Source: Marsupella aquatica
Lineage: Eukaryota > Plantae > Marchantiophyta
Assembly: GCA_973895155.1 (NCBI GenBank)
Contig: OZ316898.1
Span: 18,239,292-18,303,291 of the forward strand
Direction: 5' to 3'
DNA length: 64,000 nucleotides
The notes under the pieces are model-generated. The model had not been told where the DNA came from. It ran no database searches and worked only from the letters and a program-made list of their open reading frames with translations. The position numbers and the translations under genes are program-made. Shown here piece after piece: positions 12,901 to 27,035 of this stretch. Numbering within the stretch: position 1 is the first letter of the stretch; each line of letters begins with the position of its first letter.

Positions 12901-13757
12901 TGCATATTCAAAGGATTAGATTTCTGTTTACCTGTATATTTCAACACTACAGAGGAACCAATTTGTAGTGTACAATCTCTGTCGTAAGCCCGTGCTCGCC
13001 TCATAGATTCAATGATTTGTAACCTCGCATTGTCTAATTCAACAACTCCAGTTTGAGGTCCGATTTCAAGTGTCCTGTATAATATTCTAGAGCCTCTTCT
13101 CTCCTTTTCTGGCTGAAACGCTTCCTTCACATCTATCACAACCTCGCTGGTGTCCATTGTTAACGTCAATTCTTCAGTCGTTCGAACCGGACCTCGGGCC
13201 AGAGAGCTATTGCCTTTGATCCCTTCCCGACTTCCAGGTTGAGCTTGAGAGTTGCTTTGAACAGCTCCACCATTTGAGATTCCCAGTTGAGACTGAGAGC
13301 TCCTTTCGATGACGTCACGAGATACACTTGCAGGAGCTGAATTCTCAACAAGCTGAGGAGCATCGCCAATTTCCCTTTCAAGTCGTCCATTGGCAAGATA
13401 TCCAAACAGATTCCGGAGTTTAGGATCATTGCCCACGACACGACTACTGGGATGATCACTCGTTGGAGACTGGTCCTCTTGATTGCCACCTGCACGACCT
13501 GAATGTCGTGTTACCTCTGGATCTGGACGTCCTGTGTCCTGTGGGAAATAATGCTCTACCTTACGCATGATGAAGGGTACAACTAAAATCAGTGCGACCA
13601 TTATCACGTACGGAATAAATCTCATTACCAGATGGTGTTGATTTTGAACTAGATTCGAGACATCGTTACTTATCAAACTATATAGAATGGATGCACAGGC
13701 AAACCGTAGAACCTGTTCAGTTGACTCTAGAAATATTCTACTGCAGACGACAGGCAT
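9948..13757 (-). CDS. Gene A: membrane protein with the unrecognised shared module; exons 13757-12932, 12046-11951, 11795-11689, 11378-11201, 11019-10738, 10117-9948 (~552 aa; ~810 aa if spliced on to the hydrolase)
   Basis: Exon-by-exon protein homology to gene B with the same internal exon lengths (96, 107, 178 nt) and phases, e.g. GPKWWKL, WTIxGxNL, LCEEPDLV..SAP.F..KVYI.ASK.VEV. The last exon is uncertain and looks frameshifted. Confidence 0.75.
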
Positions 13758-14681
13758 TTTGCCGTATGAATTTTGGAAACATTCACTGTGCAACTTTCGA
13801 ATTCTCCAACTTCCTGATTGACATACGAGGAAAGTTTCCGGCAGTCACATCCTTAAAACAATCAGCTTCCCAATCAAAGGAAAACAATCAGCTTCCCAAT
13901 CGGGGTGTCTGTAATTCAAAATCTTGTCCTCTCTCACTGGGAGCGAGATAGAGGACGAGCTTCAAGATCGCCTACTTCGGGTCGATGAAAGTTGGCTGTT
14001 TAGGGTAAACTCTGACATACATGAAGTGAGAAACATTCAGAGTCTATCTCTACAACACTGATCCACTTCTGGGAACTCTACTCGTGAGATTAACCTTCAA
14101 TGAACACGGCCAAAGCATGATCCGTCCGGCATTGGACATGGGCGACATTCTCTGCCTTCCTCGAAACTGCATCAAGACCTTCCTAGCTTTTCCCCCCAGT
14201 CGATACTACTTATCCTGTAGACGATCGAAATTCATGAAGCCGTGGATCCCTGATGACCATCATGACATAACTACACACGCGATTTCTCTCTCAAAAATTG
14301 AGACATCGGTATCACCTTGCGAGCCACATCCATCTCTCTTTCTTCCGGCTCCCCGCGCCACGGCTCAAACGGAAGAAGCAGAAGGTCCGGGGTTTAATAT
14401 ATATTTCATGCGTGTTTTCCTTTGATTGCCAAGAATTTGTTGATGTCAATCCGATGATCGGTGCGGATCCCAAAGGAACGAAGACGTGCTGTCCATCCGG
14501 TCGGCCTGATGTCCGATGTCAGACTTTTCAAACGAAAGCTTATCGAAGTGGATTTCCTTGAAAGTTCGCTCCCACGCCAAACTGGACCATAACTGATAAT
14601 GTACGAAAGTACTGCAAATTTCCGTTGAAGTTCCGGTGACGAGAGGTCGTGTAAGCCATGGAAATGTGGACTTGAGTAACA

Positions 14682-16263
14682 CGGGGGAACCCAAGGGGAA
14701 GCATCCTAGACACGCAATCACCGTTCCCAATATTTCTCCTCTCCTCGATCCCTCCTGTTTACAATCTGCATGCTGTGTCCACCATCCACCTGCTCACTAT
14801 TAAGTAGCTCATTCTTGACGGATGGATGGTTGCGCTCGATCAAGGTCGGTGGGTACCATAGACTTTTCTATCCAAGTCGAAATGTCTAGGAGTCCGATTC
14901 GTTACGTAAAAGCCGAACGAACAAGGAAGCAGCATCGCTTGGCTTTTGAGCAAGAGCTGGATAATTAACAATAAACTTATTACTCTCTGGAGTCTGCAGT
15001 CTGTAGCTCTTTCCATGAGCGAGCTCGCGACGATGAACGCGGGAAGCTGAGGACGTTGAGATGTCGTAGGACATGTTGCGTATATATACAGCGCTAAAGA
15101 TGCACTCTCTGGGGTGAAGAAAAATGAGTGTGCAACCTCTATCCATGAGCTCGCTAACGGACACGAACGCGGGAAGTTGAGGACGTTTAGATGTCGTAGT
15201 ACAGGTTGCGTATATATATATAGATCGACAGCACTAAGATGTATCTCAGCGATGAGAAAAGTTTATCCACTCTTCGTCCGTTTGGGAAGTACCTACTAGC
15301 TAGCGCCTTCCGAGAAATCGTGAGTGGATTGCTTGCAATTGTCGAGAGATGTGGTTGGGAAAGTCCATCGAAGTCTGTACAACGCGCGGGTCACATTGTT
15401 TTCAGGTTCTTGAAAATTTTCCTCTTGTAGCAGTCATGCAATGTTTGGAGAGAACTATTTTGAGGTTCTTAGAATTTTTTCCATTGCCTGTGAGTCATGA
15501 GTTTGGAGAGCAAATAATTAGGAAATGGCTGCAAATTTCAGCGGGTGTCGTCGTAGCAATGCAGGTAAGAAATCCTCAAATGCTTTCAAGTGTAATGTTG
15601 CAATTGCAGCTTCTGGCCTGCAGCATTGTGCGTAGTTACAATAACAAGGATCCATCATCTAATCTAGACTAGTCACATTTTCAGTTTGATTTACTAGGAT
15701 ATCAAATGACTGTCATGCAGTCAATCTTTTTGTCTTCATGTCAATCTGGGTCTTGCCAGTTTTATTGAGTCAAGTTTCTTCATGGATGTTTTGTTTGCGG
15801 GTCAAAAGAACTTCCTCGTGGACTAGGTTTCTAAGAGGCATTCACGAAGAACATTGGAAAGTCAACGGTGCTTCTGATCGAGAAGTCCACAAAATGTCAA
15901 GAAAACGCCCAAATAGGCGTTCCAGAGTAAGGGCAATGTGTTAATTGGGTGGAAACGCCTCTCGGCGTTTTCTGGATGTCGATGGCGTACAATCTACTAA
16001 GCAACAACCTCTCCAGTGAAATGCAAACTACAAAATCGATCGTCGTGAGACTTTCCCCTTACATGGGAATCGGCTCAACGATCCTCATTTTCTACGGGGT
16101 AAAGTTGAGGGCCGAGTCTTATTTCCCGGAACACTTAGGACGACGTCAAGATCCTAATCATCCAGCTGCTGGTCCTGCAGCCAATCCTGACCGGCTTGCA
16201 ATTGATCTAGTCAAGCTCGTCGACGCAGGAGCAGAGAAAAATGATCACGATCTGATGGGTCTG
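14682..16263 (+). repeat. Segmental duplicate of 48859-50434 (upstream region and 5' end of gene B)
   Basis: Colinear, highly similar sequence from GGGGAACC.AAGGGGAAGCATCCTAGACACGCAA to GATCTGATGGGTCTG. Confidence 0.92.
15894..16263 (+). pseudogene. Truncated, frameshifted copy of gene B exon 1 (B')
   Basis: MSRK start; +1 nt (GGCAATG vs GGCATG) before NWVETPLGVFW; homology stops abruptly after EKNDHDLMGL. Confidence 0.85.
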
Positions 16264-16487
16264 ATTGTCTCGCTGCACAACCGAAACGTCAAACGCGATC
16301 TGATGGTAATTCGCCCAGAAAATAAATGGCAATCCTCGACGTTGTGGAATTACTGGATGGTTTCCCTCAAGTGTTCCAAACCTCCAGCAGCAGGACCCGA
16401 CGGCCTAGTGCTGCGAAATAATGCTGATCGACTGAACAAAACAACATTTTCAGCAGGACAACTTGTGAAAATCCAAATCTGACTGAC

Positions 16488-16599
16488 CTGGATTCCGGAC
16501 GGTGCCTCTGACATTGTAGCCACGCTCTAGCAGGTCCTCGACTATGAAAGAGGCGATGAAGCCACTCGCTCCCGTCACAGCCACCGTCTTCCCCGTCAT
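16488..16599 (-). pseudogene. Orphan first exon of a cinnamoyl-CoA reductase/DFR-like NAD(P)-dependent reductase
   Basis: [37 protein letters not shown] followed by a G|GTCAGT donor; no later exons before the B' junction. Confidence 0.8.
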
Positions 16600-17580
16600 T
16601 ATCTCTCTTGCTCTCTTCCTCTCTCCGTTAGCAGATCACAATTGAGCTTAAATCGTGCGCGAGCAACTGAAAGGGAGACAACGAGCATTACAATAGCACT
16701 CAGGGTTGTGAATTCACTCTCCCAAGGATGCCAACCTCAGCTCGGTGCGATGTTCTTCGAAAACAAACATTCGATTGGTGTCATCGGATTGGTGTGAATC
16801 GAGATCCAAAGTTTGAGAGACTCAAGAGTGGTGAGAGCCCTCTGTATTTTCTCTCTTTATTATATACGTGATTGAAATGAGTCCCGCAGTCAGGCTAAAC
16901 CCGAAGGAGTAGTCTGGGTCTGAGCTTCACTTCAGCTCAATCCAGTCGTTTACTTAGACCACAAGCTGGACGTTGTAGTCTTGGATTCACATTCCACTGT
17001 TTGGCTTGGCTCAGTCCAGCCGTTAATTTATTCGGGAAGGATAGTCTGGATCTAAGCCAACTGCCTCTCAACGGTAGGATCTACCCAGAGCGTCTATAGA
17101 CAGTACTTTAGCCGAGAATTGGCAGACAGCAATTTGAAGCAGCAAGAAATGGACATTCTGAGCAGGATGGGCTTGCTAGCAGAAAGTACATTCTGGGCAA
17201 TGGGTCTGCAAGGAAATGGGTTAAGAATTGTTCGAGCCAAAAAAAAGAATGGGTTTAGCCAGTTGTCAGTCACACGAAGGACCACCAACAAGTTCCCAAA
17301 GCCGTGAGAAATGGGGTTTCGCCACTTGTCGACTAGCACAAAGGAGCAGCTGCCCAGTTACCAAACCCACACACAGACCGGTGGAAGGGGCACCTGCAAG
17401 TTCCAATGGCCCATAGACAGGGGATATCAGGAAGCCCAGATCCACGTTGAGTAGCAAGGGGGCTTGTAACGCTGCAACCGGTAAACAAGTGTCATCCGCT
17501 GCATCCTCCGACTACATTTCCTGTTAATTTTACAACAATAAAGCTGTAAAGATCACGACATTATGGTACGTCGAAACCAT

Positions 17581-17815
17581 TATGTGGATTTCTGTCTTTA
17601 TCCACTAGTTAGGAGGTTCCATAATCTTAACGCGAGAACCCATATTGTCCAGAACTAGTATGTGGATTTCTGTCTTTATCCACTAGTTAGGAGGTTCCAT
17701 AATCTTAACGCGAGAATCCATATTGTCCAGAGCTTTGTCAGTGTCTTTATCCACTAGTTAGGAGGTTCCATAATCTCAACGCGAGAATCCATATTGTCCA
17801 GAACTTTGTCAGTGG
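17581..17815. repeat. ~77-80-bp tandem repeat, 3 copies
   Basis: TGTCTTTATCCACTAGTTAGGAGGTTCCATAATCT.AACGCGAGAA.CCATATTGTCCAGA three times. Confidence 0.92.
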
Positions 17816-20800
17816 GTCCGTGGGTCCATGAAGATATTATCAGTTGGGTCAACGTACATGTTCCACGATCGAAGTGTGTTCCGGAAGGGCTACTGTAGGT
17901 CCAATGCACCAATTAAACTTCTTGAGTTTTCCATTTTTGCACCAGTTGGTGGGATGGACTAAATTTCCGATAGTGAGAACACTTTCGCTATCACAGATAA
18001 TCCATGACACAATTCCAGAGGAGATCTAGCTCATTCATAGCGAGACTCATAGTTGTATAGAATGAATGACTCGACCAGTGAGTGTTTTGTAAAGCAATTC
18101 AATTCTGTTCCAGTAATGTTCCCAGTACTTCCCAGTACCAAGACATCCTCTAGCAATTTCCAAAAGCAAACAGAACAACCACGATGTCTTCATCAGAAGT
18201 CTGGCTCATCACTGGCTGCTCCTCCCTCCGCCTCATGCGTTCCCGCAGAATACGTGGTGAGCTCAACTTCTTACACCCGCGGCATTTTACATAGTGGACA
18301 CGGAAACTGAGAACTCTGCACGAAACAGAGCAGTCGATCACAAGTCTGGACTTGGATCTCCATAGTTTTCAGTACCTCTCCCACTCCTTGTGAGTCCCGT
18401 TGTGACTGCCTCGCTTCCAAAGTGGTCACATCTGCCTCCAAAGTGACCACCAGAGCCTTGAGGACTGCGGCCTCTCGCTCTCCCGCTTTGCATCTTGCCT
18501 CCAAGGCGGAGGTCTCTCGTTCTCCCTCTCTGAGCCTAACCTCCAAAGTGGCCACATCTGATTCGGCCTTCCCCAAATCCTCTTGACAGGCTCCCAAAGT
18601 TGTCTCCGACAAAGCTATACTAGCCTCAAGTATTTTCGTCTTCTCGGTGTGACTCCGGTGTCACACCATTCTAGGTAGTGTTAGAGTGTATCGTACTATC
18701 TAGATCCGTATGTTTGGTATGTGTGCTATATGAGCCGATAGGGTTCCATTAGGTTTGTGTGAGAGGGTAGTTCTCTCTTGTGAGGCATTGAAAGGTTATT
18801 TTTCAATGTTGAGCCTTGGAGAGAGAGGAGCTTGTGTGGTGGCTATGGTGGCTGAGAGCTCTCTCTATGTAGCGTGGATTCCTTGAGTGCAAGGTGCGTT
18901 GGCTCGACATACATGTGTGATCGGATTGGTGCGGGATCGATGGGGTATTGTTTACCGGGATCGTTGTGCGCTGATTTCTATTGAGATTACATTGAAAGAT
19001 CATATGCGAACTCTGCTGTGCGGACTGTGCAAACAGAAGTTCGTATGTGTTGATTGAGTTGGCGAAGGTTTGGGGAAATCGTTGTGTGGATCCGTGGTAG
19101 CTCGGATCGTATTGAATAGATCATTGGCATCTTGGTCGGTTGCTGGTAACGGATCTGAAGTAGGAGATCCGAGTTCTGAAGCTCTGTTGTTGATGGTTTT
19201 CGGACAGAGTTCTCAAGCAGATCGATGGTGCCGTCCGATCATTGTGAAGCCTTTGATAAACTGATTGGGTGATTATTGTGAGCTCTTTGATAAGGATTTG
19301 TGTGTGTAGTGGGCTGCTCTGTAGATCTGAATCTGCATATCGTTTGGTCGATGTTTGTTCCATTTTTGGGAAGAAAAGAAAAGAGCTTTCGACAATTTTT
19401 GGGTTCCTGGTGGTCGACAACTTTTCGTGAAGGAAATTGATAGTTTTTGGGAGCTTTTCATGAAGGAAGTAGTCATTTTTGGGGTCAGGTGTGAGGCGCG
19501 CGAGGTCACCTATCCCGAAAGTGCTCCCAACCGCGAGCGCGAAGTCACCCATCACGAGGGCAGGCAGGCGCGAGGTCGAGGTCACCCATCCCAGGGCTAT
19601 TCCGAGCCGTGAGCGCGAGGGGAGGCACGAGGTCGAGCGCAAGGTCACCCATCCCAAATCTATTCCCAGCCGCAAGCGCTTAATGAACAAGTTCTTATCA
19701 CACCTTGTGTACACACAAGTTTTCACAACTTGGTGTTATAATTGTTGCACCAGGGACTTTTATACACTTTCTAGTTTGCTTAGAGTCTTGTTTCGGGCCA
19801 AATCAGAGGCTCTTTAGAGGTTTTTGATAGTTCTGAGTTCATCTAAATACACAGATTGAACCAAGTCTACATGGTTTCTCATCTATAACATTGGAACATC
19901 ATGAAACCTATTATGAAGGCCTTTCATTGAACATTATGAATATTTGTTTGATCAATGTGTGATCACTCTTGGTGTGGAGAGTTAGTGTTTGACTATTCTT
20001 GTCAATTGGATCCTCTCCACACTTGTTTCCTGTTTATGCGCCATGTTGGTTCGGTGTGGGCGCTTGATTCCATAGGAGTGATCCGGGTTTGCAACCGGAC
20101 ATTCTAGTGTGCTGTGTATTTATCTCCTGGTGATGTTGGAGTAATGCCCAACACACCATGGTGAGTGCTTGTGGTGCTGACACAGACAGATTGCCCTTAG
20201 GGTTAGCATATAGATTAGGTTAGGTTGGTCACCACGGCTTCTTCTGGTGCTGCTGGGTTACCCGATGGACGACGGACTGGTTTCACTCGAAGTGGGGCGC
20301 AGTTTTGGCCAGCGACATTGGTAGCAGTCAGCAGCACAGCTTCAAATAGTGATTCTGACGAGGACTCTATGACCAATTCTCCTCATCATCAGGTGATTGC
20401 ACCTTTGTTGTGGGATATGGAAGAAATGTACGGGGCTACAAAAGGCCCACGGCGATACTCTAGTGCAATTGGCACAATTGATCTGGATGACTTCATCCAG
20501 GAGTTTGATACGTGGTGCAATATGTAGACATTGCGTAACGCCACGTTGTTTACCCTTTTCATGGCATGGAAGGGATTATTTCAGCATTTGGAGGGGCCAC
20601 CCATGGATGACTACCATGAGTTTCGGAAGGCTCATTTGGTTGAGATTGAGGCATGGAGGCAGCATTGGTCTAATTACGTGTCCATCACCTATGGCACTAG
20701 TGCGACTGCCCAACCCATTGCCACAACTAGCTAGAGTGGCATACCATCCACCAGTAGCAATCCAGCAGCATCCACCGCTACTCCTGCCAGTGTGATTGTG

Positions 20801-22779
20801 ACAGGGACTGGAGCTGCACCAGTATTTAACCCTATGGTGAAATTCTTTGAGGTACTGAAGCAGAACTATCAAGGTGTGAGAACTGATAAGTTGAAGGGTC
20901 TCTAGGAGTTTCAGCGCAAGACTGGAGAGTCTACGGGAGGCATACACTCGTATGCGCAGATTGATCATTGTCACCAAGGGAGTGATAGAGGCTCAGGCAG
21001 TCCAGTTTTGATATGCAATTTTGGACAGAGAGTTGTGATGCAAAGTGAGAGATGTCACTCTGCTTAGGGATGCAGATCCCACATTAGCAGTTGTTTTTAC
21101 CCTTTCTGAGCGCATTGAGCTCAATATGGTGAATGAGAAGGTGGTGACTTCTGAATTTGCCAAGGAAGCACCAAAGGCTGCATCTACATCCACACCACAG
21201 CCAATTGCACGAGAATCTACCAGCTAGAGACCTGTGCCCTCTCTATTATGCTGGACAACAGTCAGGATGTTGGACCTGTGGTGGGGATCATGCACAGGGA
21301 TATTGCCCAGATCATAGAGGATCAGGGGGAGCATCAGCGCCTGATCAGCGACAGTGTGATCATTGTGGAGCTCCTGGACACACCAAGGATAGGTGTTTCT
21401 CACTCCATCCTGAGTTACGGAGGAGAGGATCCCGTACACATGATCAGGGAAGAGGAGGAGGAGGAGGTAGAGGTGGTGGACGTGGTCGTGGCATGCCACA
21501 TGCAGGGAGACAGGGAGGTGACGCTGCCCCTGCTGTAACCATAGATTCAAAGGATGCTAAGATTGCTCAATTGGAGCAACAGCTAACTGCCATGGCTAGT
21601 TCCCAGGTGAGACCTACTTCTGATGATGGGGCATCTACATCCTATGGACCTTCCACATCCCATGGTCCTTCCACATCTTATGGAGCTGATGGAGACCTTG
21701 TCACCATGGGATTCATGTGTGGCACTGCACATATTGATGCATCAGCAGCTTTGACACGTGGGGCAGCCAAAGTTCTTGAGCCCCGAGGAGCAGTAGTGGA
21801 GCTAGATCCATAGAGGGGGGATGCACATCGGCAGAAAAGCTTCCTCAGTCTTTTACATTGTCAGAGATAGTTCAGACTGCCTCTATGAACCCGGTTCAGA
21901 CAAACCCTGGCGTGGGTAAGTTGGCAAAATTAGGTAGTGATGCAGCAGGGATGACAGGTACCTTGCTGGGGGCGGCTACTACCATAGTGCGCACCCCATT
22001 ATTTTCAGCGATAGACATGCTGAACTTGGGAGTTGGTCCTACATAAGTGTTCAGATTGGCAGCTACACTTTGTGAGGACACTCCAGTTGTTGCTTCCCAT
22101 GCAGAAGTAGCTTGTAGTGTTGAAGCAGTGAAGACCATGCCACCTACTGCTACTAGTGAGACATGGTATGTAGTAGCAGCGAGGTTGGTGGATTTACCAT
22201 CACGCCCTGCATTTGAGAGGACTAGGTTTAAACCTAGTGTTGTGTCATTGGATAATCGGAGTGGTATCTTCCGATTAGTTGGGCCTTCTGGAGCAGTATA
22301 CTAGCCAGAGAGAGTGTTACTGGATACTGGTGCTCAGCCCTTGATGTTGGGGAAGTCTGCCATACGTGGATTGGGATTGCGTCTAGAGGATTTGGAGGAT
22401 TGTCCCTTTCCCATTCAGACTTCATTGGGGGGACCTACACCTACACAGCATATCACCGGGAGACCACTTGATTTGAGGATTCAGGAAGGTCATATCACAG
22501 ATAGCTCACAGATACAGGCGTGAGCTATTCTGACTAAGGCAGAGTCATCCCACCAACACATCATATGACTCTTCCTTAGTCAAAAGATTACCTGTTGGCA
22601 GTGTTGTGCCACCAGTGTGGGGCACTGCACAGGCCTTGCCACAGGCAGCAGCACGATTGGTACATGATGGATGGTGTCATGCTTTTACACCACAGTCAGG
22701 AGCAGAGCAGTCTCTTGCAGATGGACCTGTGACTCTTTCACCATTGGATACCACTCCTATCGCTTGGCAGTATCCACCA

Positions 22780-23750
22780 TAGGGTATTTGCTTGTTGGAT
22801 CTATTTGGTGGGATTAGCACTGGATTGGCTGTTGTTCTTCAGGCAGGAATTCTGGTGCGTCGCTATTTGTATGTGGAGACAGATGAGACAGCACGGAGGG
22901 TCTCATTGCGGCATGTGGCTATGTTGGTGGATAGATATCCACAGTTGCTGCCAGTGGACGTTGTTCATGGTTATCAGCATGCACTACCTGCTGATATTTC
23001 ATTGTTGGGGGCGGATCATTTGCATCGTGTTGGCCCCATTGATTTGGTGATTGCTGGTTGGCCATGTTAGAGCCAATCTAGAGCTGGCATTGGGTATGGA
23101 CTTCATGATCCACGCTCTGCATTGTTTTGGGAGATGTTACGGGTGCTACATCATCTCCAGCTACATCAGACACAGTCTCCAGCATACATTTTGGAGAATG
23201 TGCCATTGTTAGGTGATGATCGTCATCGGATTGTTGCCAGTGTTCATCAGGTGAGGTCTTGGATTGGACCTGCTGTGTTATTGGATGCTGCACGTGTGGG
23301 TTCTCGTGCACATCATCCACACTTGTGGTGGACCAATCTGATCCCATGTGAGGTACTGAAGCGTGCATTTGACAGCATTCCACGCTCAGCAGCCTTAGTG
23401 GTAGATGATATTTTGGATCCAGGCCGTCGTGCACAGGGTGTGACCCAATCTGACAGACCTCCATTGGCAGTGGTCAATGTAGTTGGGCGCCCACGTTGTG
23501 CATTACCCACTCTTGTGAGCCACTCTGCTTCATATGCATTTAGAGCAGGTGGCCCTGGACTTGTGTGGGACACAGCCCTACAGCAGTTAGTGGAGTCTAC
23601 TGCTGATGAGAGGGAGCGTGCCATGGGATTTTTGACAGGCACCACTGCAGTTGCCTCTATGTCAGAGAGTGCATGCCGCCAGGTCCTTGGTCAAGCACTG
23701 GATTTGAATTGCTTGACTTGGATTATCAGCTTGGGAGTAGCTGAACAGTT
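22780..23750 (+). pseudogene. C5 cytosine DNA methyltransferase domain within the gypsy pol region
   Basis: Motifs in canonical order: I LLDLFGGISTGL, II YVETD, IV IAGWPC* (CAG>TAG at 23068-23070), VI YILENV, VIII-like RAHHPHLWWTN, X RQVLGQALD. Confidence 0.88.
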
Positions 23751-26700
23751 GAGGATGCGCTCTGCTAGTGTTACTAATCGTCCATTGGTGAGCTTGCGGT
23801 CTACTGAGACAATGATGACCACAACTAGGGGCGAGCAGATAGTCCATGGACCTATGGCAGGATTGGCCAAGGCTGGACAGATTGTTGAGCAAGAAGGGAC
23901 TGCTCAATCTACTACTAAATAGCAATCATCGGCTATCTCTTCTACTCTACAAAAAGATATTAGGGATTTGGTGGAGAGTTGGGAACCACAGCTTGGCCCT
24001 AAGTTGATAGGGGAGGAGAGACGTCGCATGCATCGATTCCTGAAAAATTACTGGAATTGTTTTGCATTTAGCATGAAGGATTTGGGGACATTAAAGGGTC
24101 CTGGTATTCAGATTGAATTGGCTAGTGATGCGCCAATCTTTCGTAGGCCATACCGTTACAGTGACATGGAGAGAGCTTTGATTCAGAGCAGAACTCGGGA
24201 TTTGTTGGAGGCTGGATTAGTGGAGATTTTATATGGGGAGTATGCATCTGCCACTGTGATGCCAGCCAAGAAGGATATGCATGGCAATTACACAGATAGG
24301 CGCATGTGTGGTGATTACAAACCTATTAATCGCCAGACAAAATCTGATAGATATGCCATGCCCACACCTGAGAAGATCTTTGATGCTGTGAGGTATGCAA
24401 AGGTTTTTAGTTCATTGGATCTGAGGGCAGGGTACCATCAGCTTCCAATTGGGCATTCTGACAAGTCCAAGACAACATTCTGGGGGATTGATTCTTATGG
24501 CAAAGATCGTTTGTATCAGTGGTTGTTCTTACCATTTGGGTTAAAGAATGCACCAGCTGAGTTCCAGAGAGTCATGGATCGAATCCTTGCAGGTTTGGAT
24601 TTTGTCAGATGTTATATTGATGATATTTTGGTCTATTCTTCTACTGTGGAAGAACATCAGCAACACTTGCAGATTATGTTGGAGAGATTGAGAGCACATG
24701 GGTTGAAGCTCCATCCTAGCAAGTGTAAGTTCTTCCAAGACCAGATTGAGTATTTGGGCCACACTATATACCCAGGGGATTGGGTGTACAGCAGACTAAA
24801 GTGGAGGCCATTATACAGATTCCTTGTCCTACTGATGTGAGTAGAGTTCGTGCATTCTTGGGATTGGCGAGTACTACAGGAGGTATGTTAAGGGATTTAG
24901 CCAGCTTGCCAAACCTTTGACCATACTTACTAAGTTGGATCAGGAATGGATTTGGGGTGATGACCAGGAGCATGCCTTTCAGGAGTTGAAGCAAAGGTTG
25001 GCATCATCCCCTATTTTGAGAAGACCCATTTCAGGCAGACCATTTCAGCTACACACTGATTGGAGTGGAGTAGGACTTGGAGCAGTGCTGACTCAAAAGG
25101 ATGATGAGGGGAATGAGTTTGTTGTGGCTATGCCAGTAGATCAAACAATTCAGTAGAGGCTAAGTATAGCTCTTATGAGGGAGAGTGTTTGGCAGCAATG
25201 TGGGTTGTTGCACACTTTCATTGCTACTTGTTTGGTAACCCCTTCACCTTGATCACTAATCATCAGCCTCTTAAGTGGTTAATGGAGTCTGACAAGCTTA
25301 CAGGGAAGCTTGCACGATGGGCATTGTTGTTACAGGAGTATGATTTCCAGGTGGTGCATAGGCCTGGAAAAGAGAACTTGGATGCAAATGGATTAAGCTA
25401 CAATCCATGTACCAGTCAGTAGGATGAGACTGGAGCCAGATGGCATGATGAGTCAGATAAGGAGATGGTGCCAGGATGACATGCATCTGCCTTTCTTTGT
25501 TGGGTGCCAGCATACAGTGGATCTGTGGACTCTACCTCATTGGATGGAGTGGATGATGAGTCTTCAGATGTGGATGTTGGTGAGGTAACTTCTGGACAGC
25601 AAGATATTCACAATGATGTGAGAGTGTTGGAATATCTACGCAGTGGTTCTATTGTCGGCAGTGTTGATGCCAAGGAACGTGACAAGGTTCTACAAAGAGC
25701 CAAGAGGTTTCGATGGGAGGGAAACCATCTTCTGAGAGTACTACATGATGGTAGGGTGTTGGTGGTACCAAAACCATCACAACGAGTACATTTGGTGCGA
25801 CATGCGCACAAGGAGTTGGGTCACTTTGGTGTGAAGTGCACTTACAGCTTGCTGTAGACACGGTATTGGTGGCATGGTATGCACACTCATGTCCAGCAGT
25901 TGATAGCTTAGAAGTGTGTGGTATGTGATAGAGTTTAAATGATGCTCTCACTCCCCAATTGCACCCGTTGCCGATCATGGGTTTGGGATATCGTTGGAGT
26001 TTGGATTTGTTGGTTCATTACCTCTTACCCAACGTCATAATCGGTAAGTTTTGGTCATGGTGGAACACTTCTCTAAGTGGATTGAGCTAGTGGCGTTGCC
26101 AGATAAAGCCAGTGGAGGAGTTACTGCTACATGTTTGGATCGCGTACTCAATCATTTTGGAGCACCAGCTGAGGTGTTGACTGATCAAGGAATTGAGTTC
26201 CATGGAGAGTTTGAGAGTTTGTGTGAACAAGCTCTGATTGATCATCGTACTACCTCTCGTGATCATCTTGAGGCAGATGGATTAGCTGAGAGAGTTGTGC
26301 AAACTGTGAAGAGAGGATTGCGTAAGTATGGCTTGTAGGTTGGTCATCTGGGAGATTGGGATCTCCAGCTACCTTGGTTAGCTATGGGCTACCATTTCAG
26401 TCGGCAAGCATCACTTGCATCCTTCTCACCTTACTTTTTGCTCTATGGTAGAGAGCCAGATTTGCCAGCAGCTATTCGTCGTGATGCTGCACTAGTTGTG
26501 AACTTGGATGATCCTGATGTTTGGGTCAAGGTGTGTTCAGAGAGAGCATGGGTATTTCAGAGAGTGATGCCCATGACTTTTGACAACCTTGCCATTGCCC
26601 AACATCGTGATACTTTGAGGTATGCCACTATTCGTGGAGGAGGTTATCGTGCAAGCATTCAATGATTTCATCCTGGTGATTATGTTTATTTGCAGCAGAC

Positions 26701-26897
26701 AGCACCCACAACACTTGATGTGACCGTAGGCCGGATAATCTTACGTGTGCGTGAAGTGTTGCCTTCTGGTGTCCTGATGTTGGAGGGATGCGATGGTATG
26801 GTTTGGAAGGATCATGTGCGCAACTGTGCACCATGTCACCTTCCCAACATTGATGGTACAGTAGATCCAAGCTTGACACATGTTCGTGCTGACTTGA

Positions 26898-27035
26898 AAT
26901 GTATGTTGTGTGGATCTGCTCAAGGAGCAACTACTATGTTGATTTGTGATAAGTGTTCTAGAGAATGGCACATGTCATGTTTGACACCACGATTGTAAGT
27001 GATTCCTAGTGGATCATGGTTGTGTCCTCAGTGTC
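26898..27035 (+). pseudogene. PHD finger at the integrase C-terminus
   Basis: CMLC..TMLICDKC..WHMSCLTPRL*VIPSGSWLCPQC is a C4HC3 PHD pattern with one internal stop. Confidence 0.85.

Noticed and set aside
12705-12931. C-terminal tails of ORF-track entries 12705-13793, 50069-51208, 54581-55687 and 55892-57409
   Set aside because: Read-through into introns past clear GT donors; for A and B exon 1, homology stops exactly at the donor.
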